A stretch of DNA of 63,614 nucleotides, counting the filler. It is 17 parts of 17 records of this genome, joined end to end, with 100 filler letters (N's around TTAATTAATTAA, not from the genome) between each part and the next. Parts side by side here need not be neighbours in the genome. Positions count along the whole stretch, not along the records: positions 60,146 to 63,614 come from SRR9188676_1221; 16 more parts are not named here. One strand, given 5' to 3'. A program made the position numbers and the translations under genes. The notes under the pieces were generated by a model that had not been told where the DNA came from, ran no database searches, and was given only the letters and a program-made list of their open reading frames with translations. Shown one piece after another: positions 63,414 through 63,614 of this stretch; position 1 is the stretch's first letter; each line of letters begins with the position of its first letter.

Positions 63414-63614
63414 GTATGGTGACTTTTTTCGGACCTCTCAAGTGAACATCGGAATCATGACTGCATGTAAACGTCTTTCTCTCCGATCTCATCTTACTAT
63501 CATCCCGAGGAATGAAAAGAAATGTCTCGACTCCAGCACGAAATACCAGACTTCATCTCCAACAGATCTCCCACATCTGATCGATCGCTATCAATCTTTC
63601 TTATCTTTATCTTC

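Overview
This window is not one locus. It is 17 short contigs of intron-rich eukaryotic DNA, probably from a protist, joined by 16 artificial 100-bp spacers (N44-TTAATTAATTAA-N44). Adjacency across spacers is meaningless and most genes are truncated. The ORF track ignores splicing, so I rebuilt the GT-AG gene models by hand. Recognisable genes: an EcKL/APH-like kinase, LYRM2, ACP5-type acid phosphatase, an alpha/beta hydrolase, alanine aminotransferase, an MBD-like protein, a cryptochrome-DASH/photolyase-like protein, a RING-CH ligase, an RCC1-repeat protein, a TPR protein, SF3A2, an Sfi1-repeat protein, an SMYD4-like protein, PIN4 parvulin, VAP, a divergent TFIIB, a Dicer-type helicase and a bromodomain protein. 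The most unusual signals are: (1) a photolyase/CRY-DASH-like gene with about 650 aa inserted in its interdomain linker; (2) a >1800-aa beta-rich modular protein that resembles phage/virion fibre proteins but has spliceosomal introns aligned to its repeats; (3) three independent tandem duplications that copy a splice junction; (4) frequent, very tight head-to-head gene pairs (85 bp ATG to ATG at the tightest); (5) a start codon split by an intron; (6) a small TIR element and a dispersed repeat at contig ends. All family calls come from motif recognition by eye; no database search was run.
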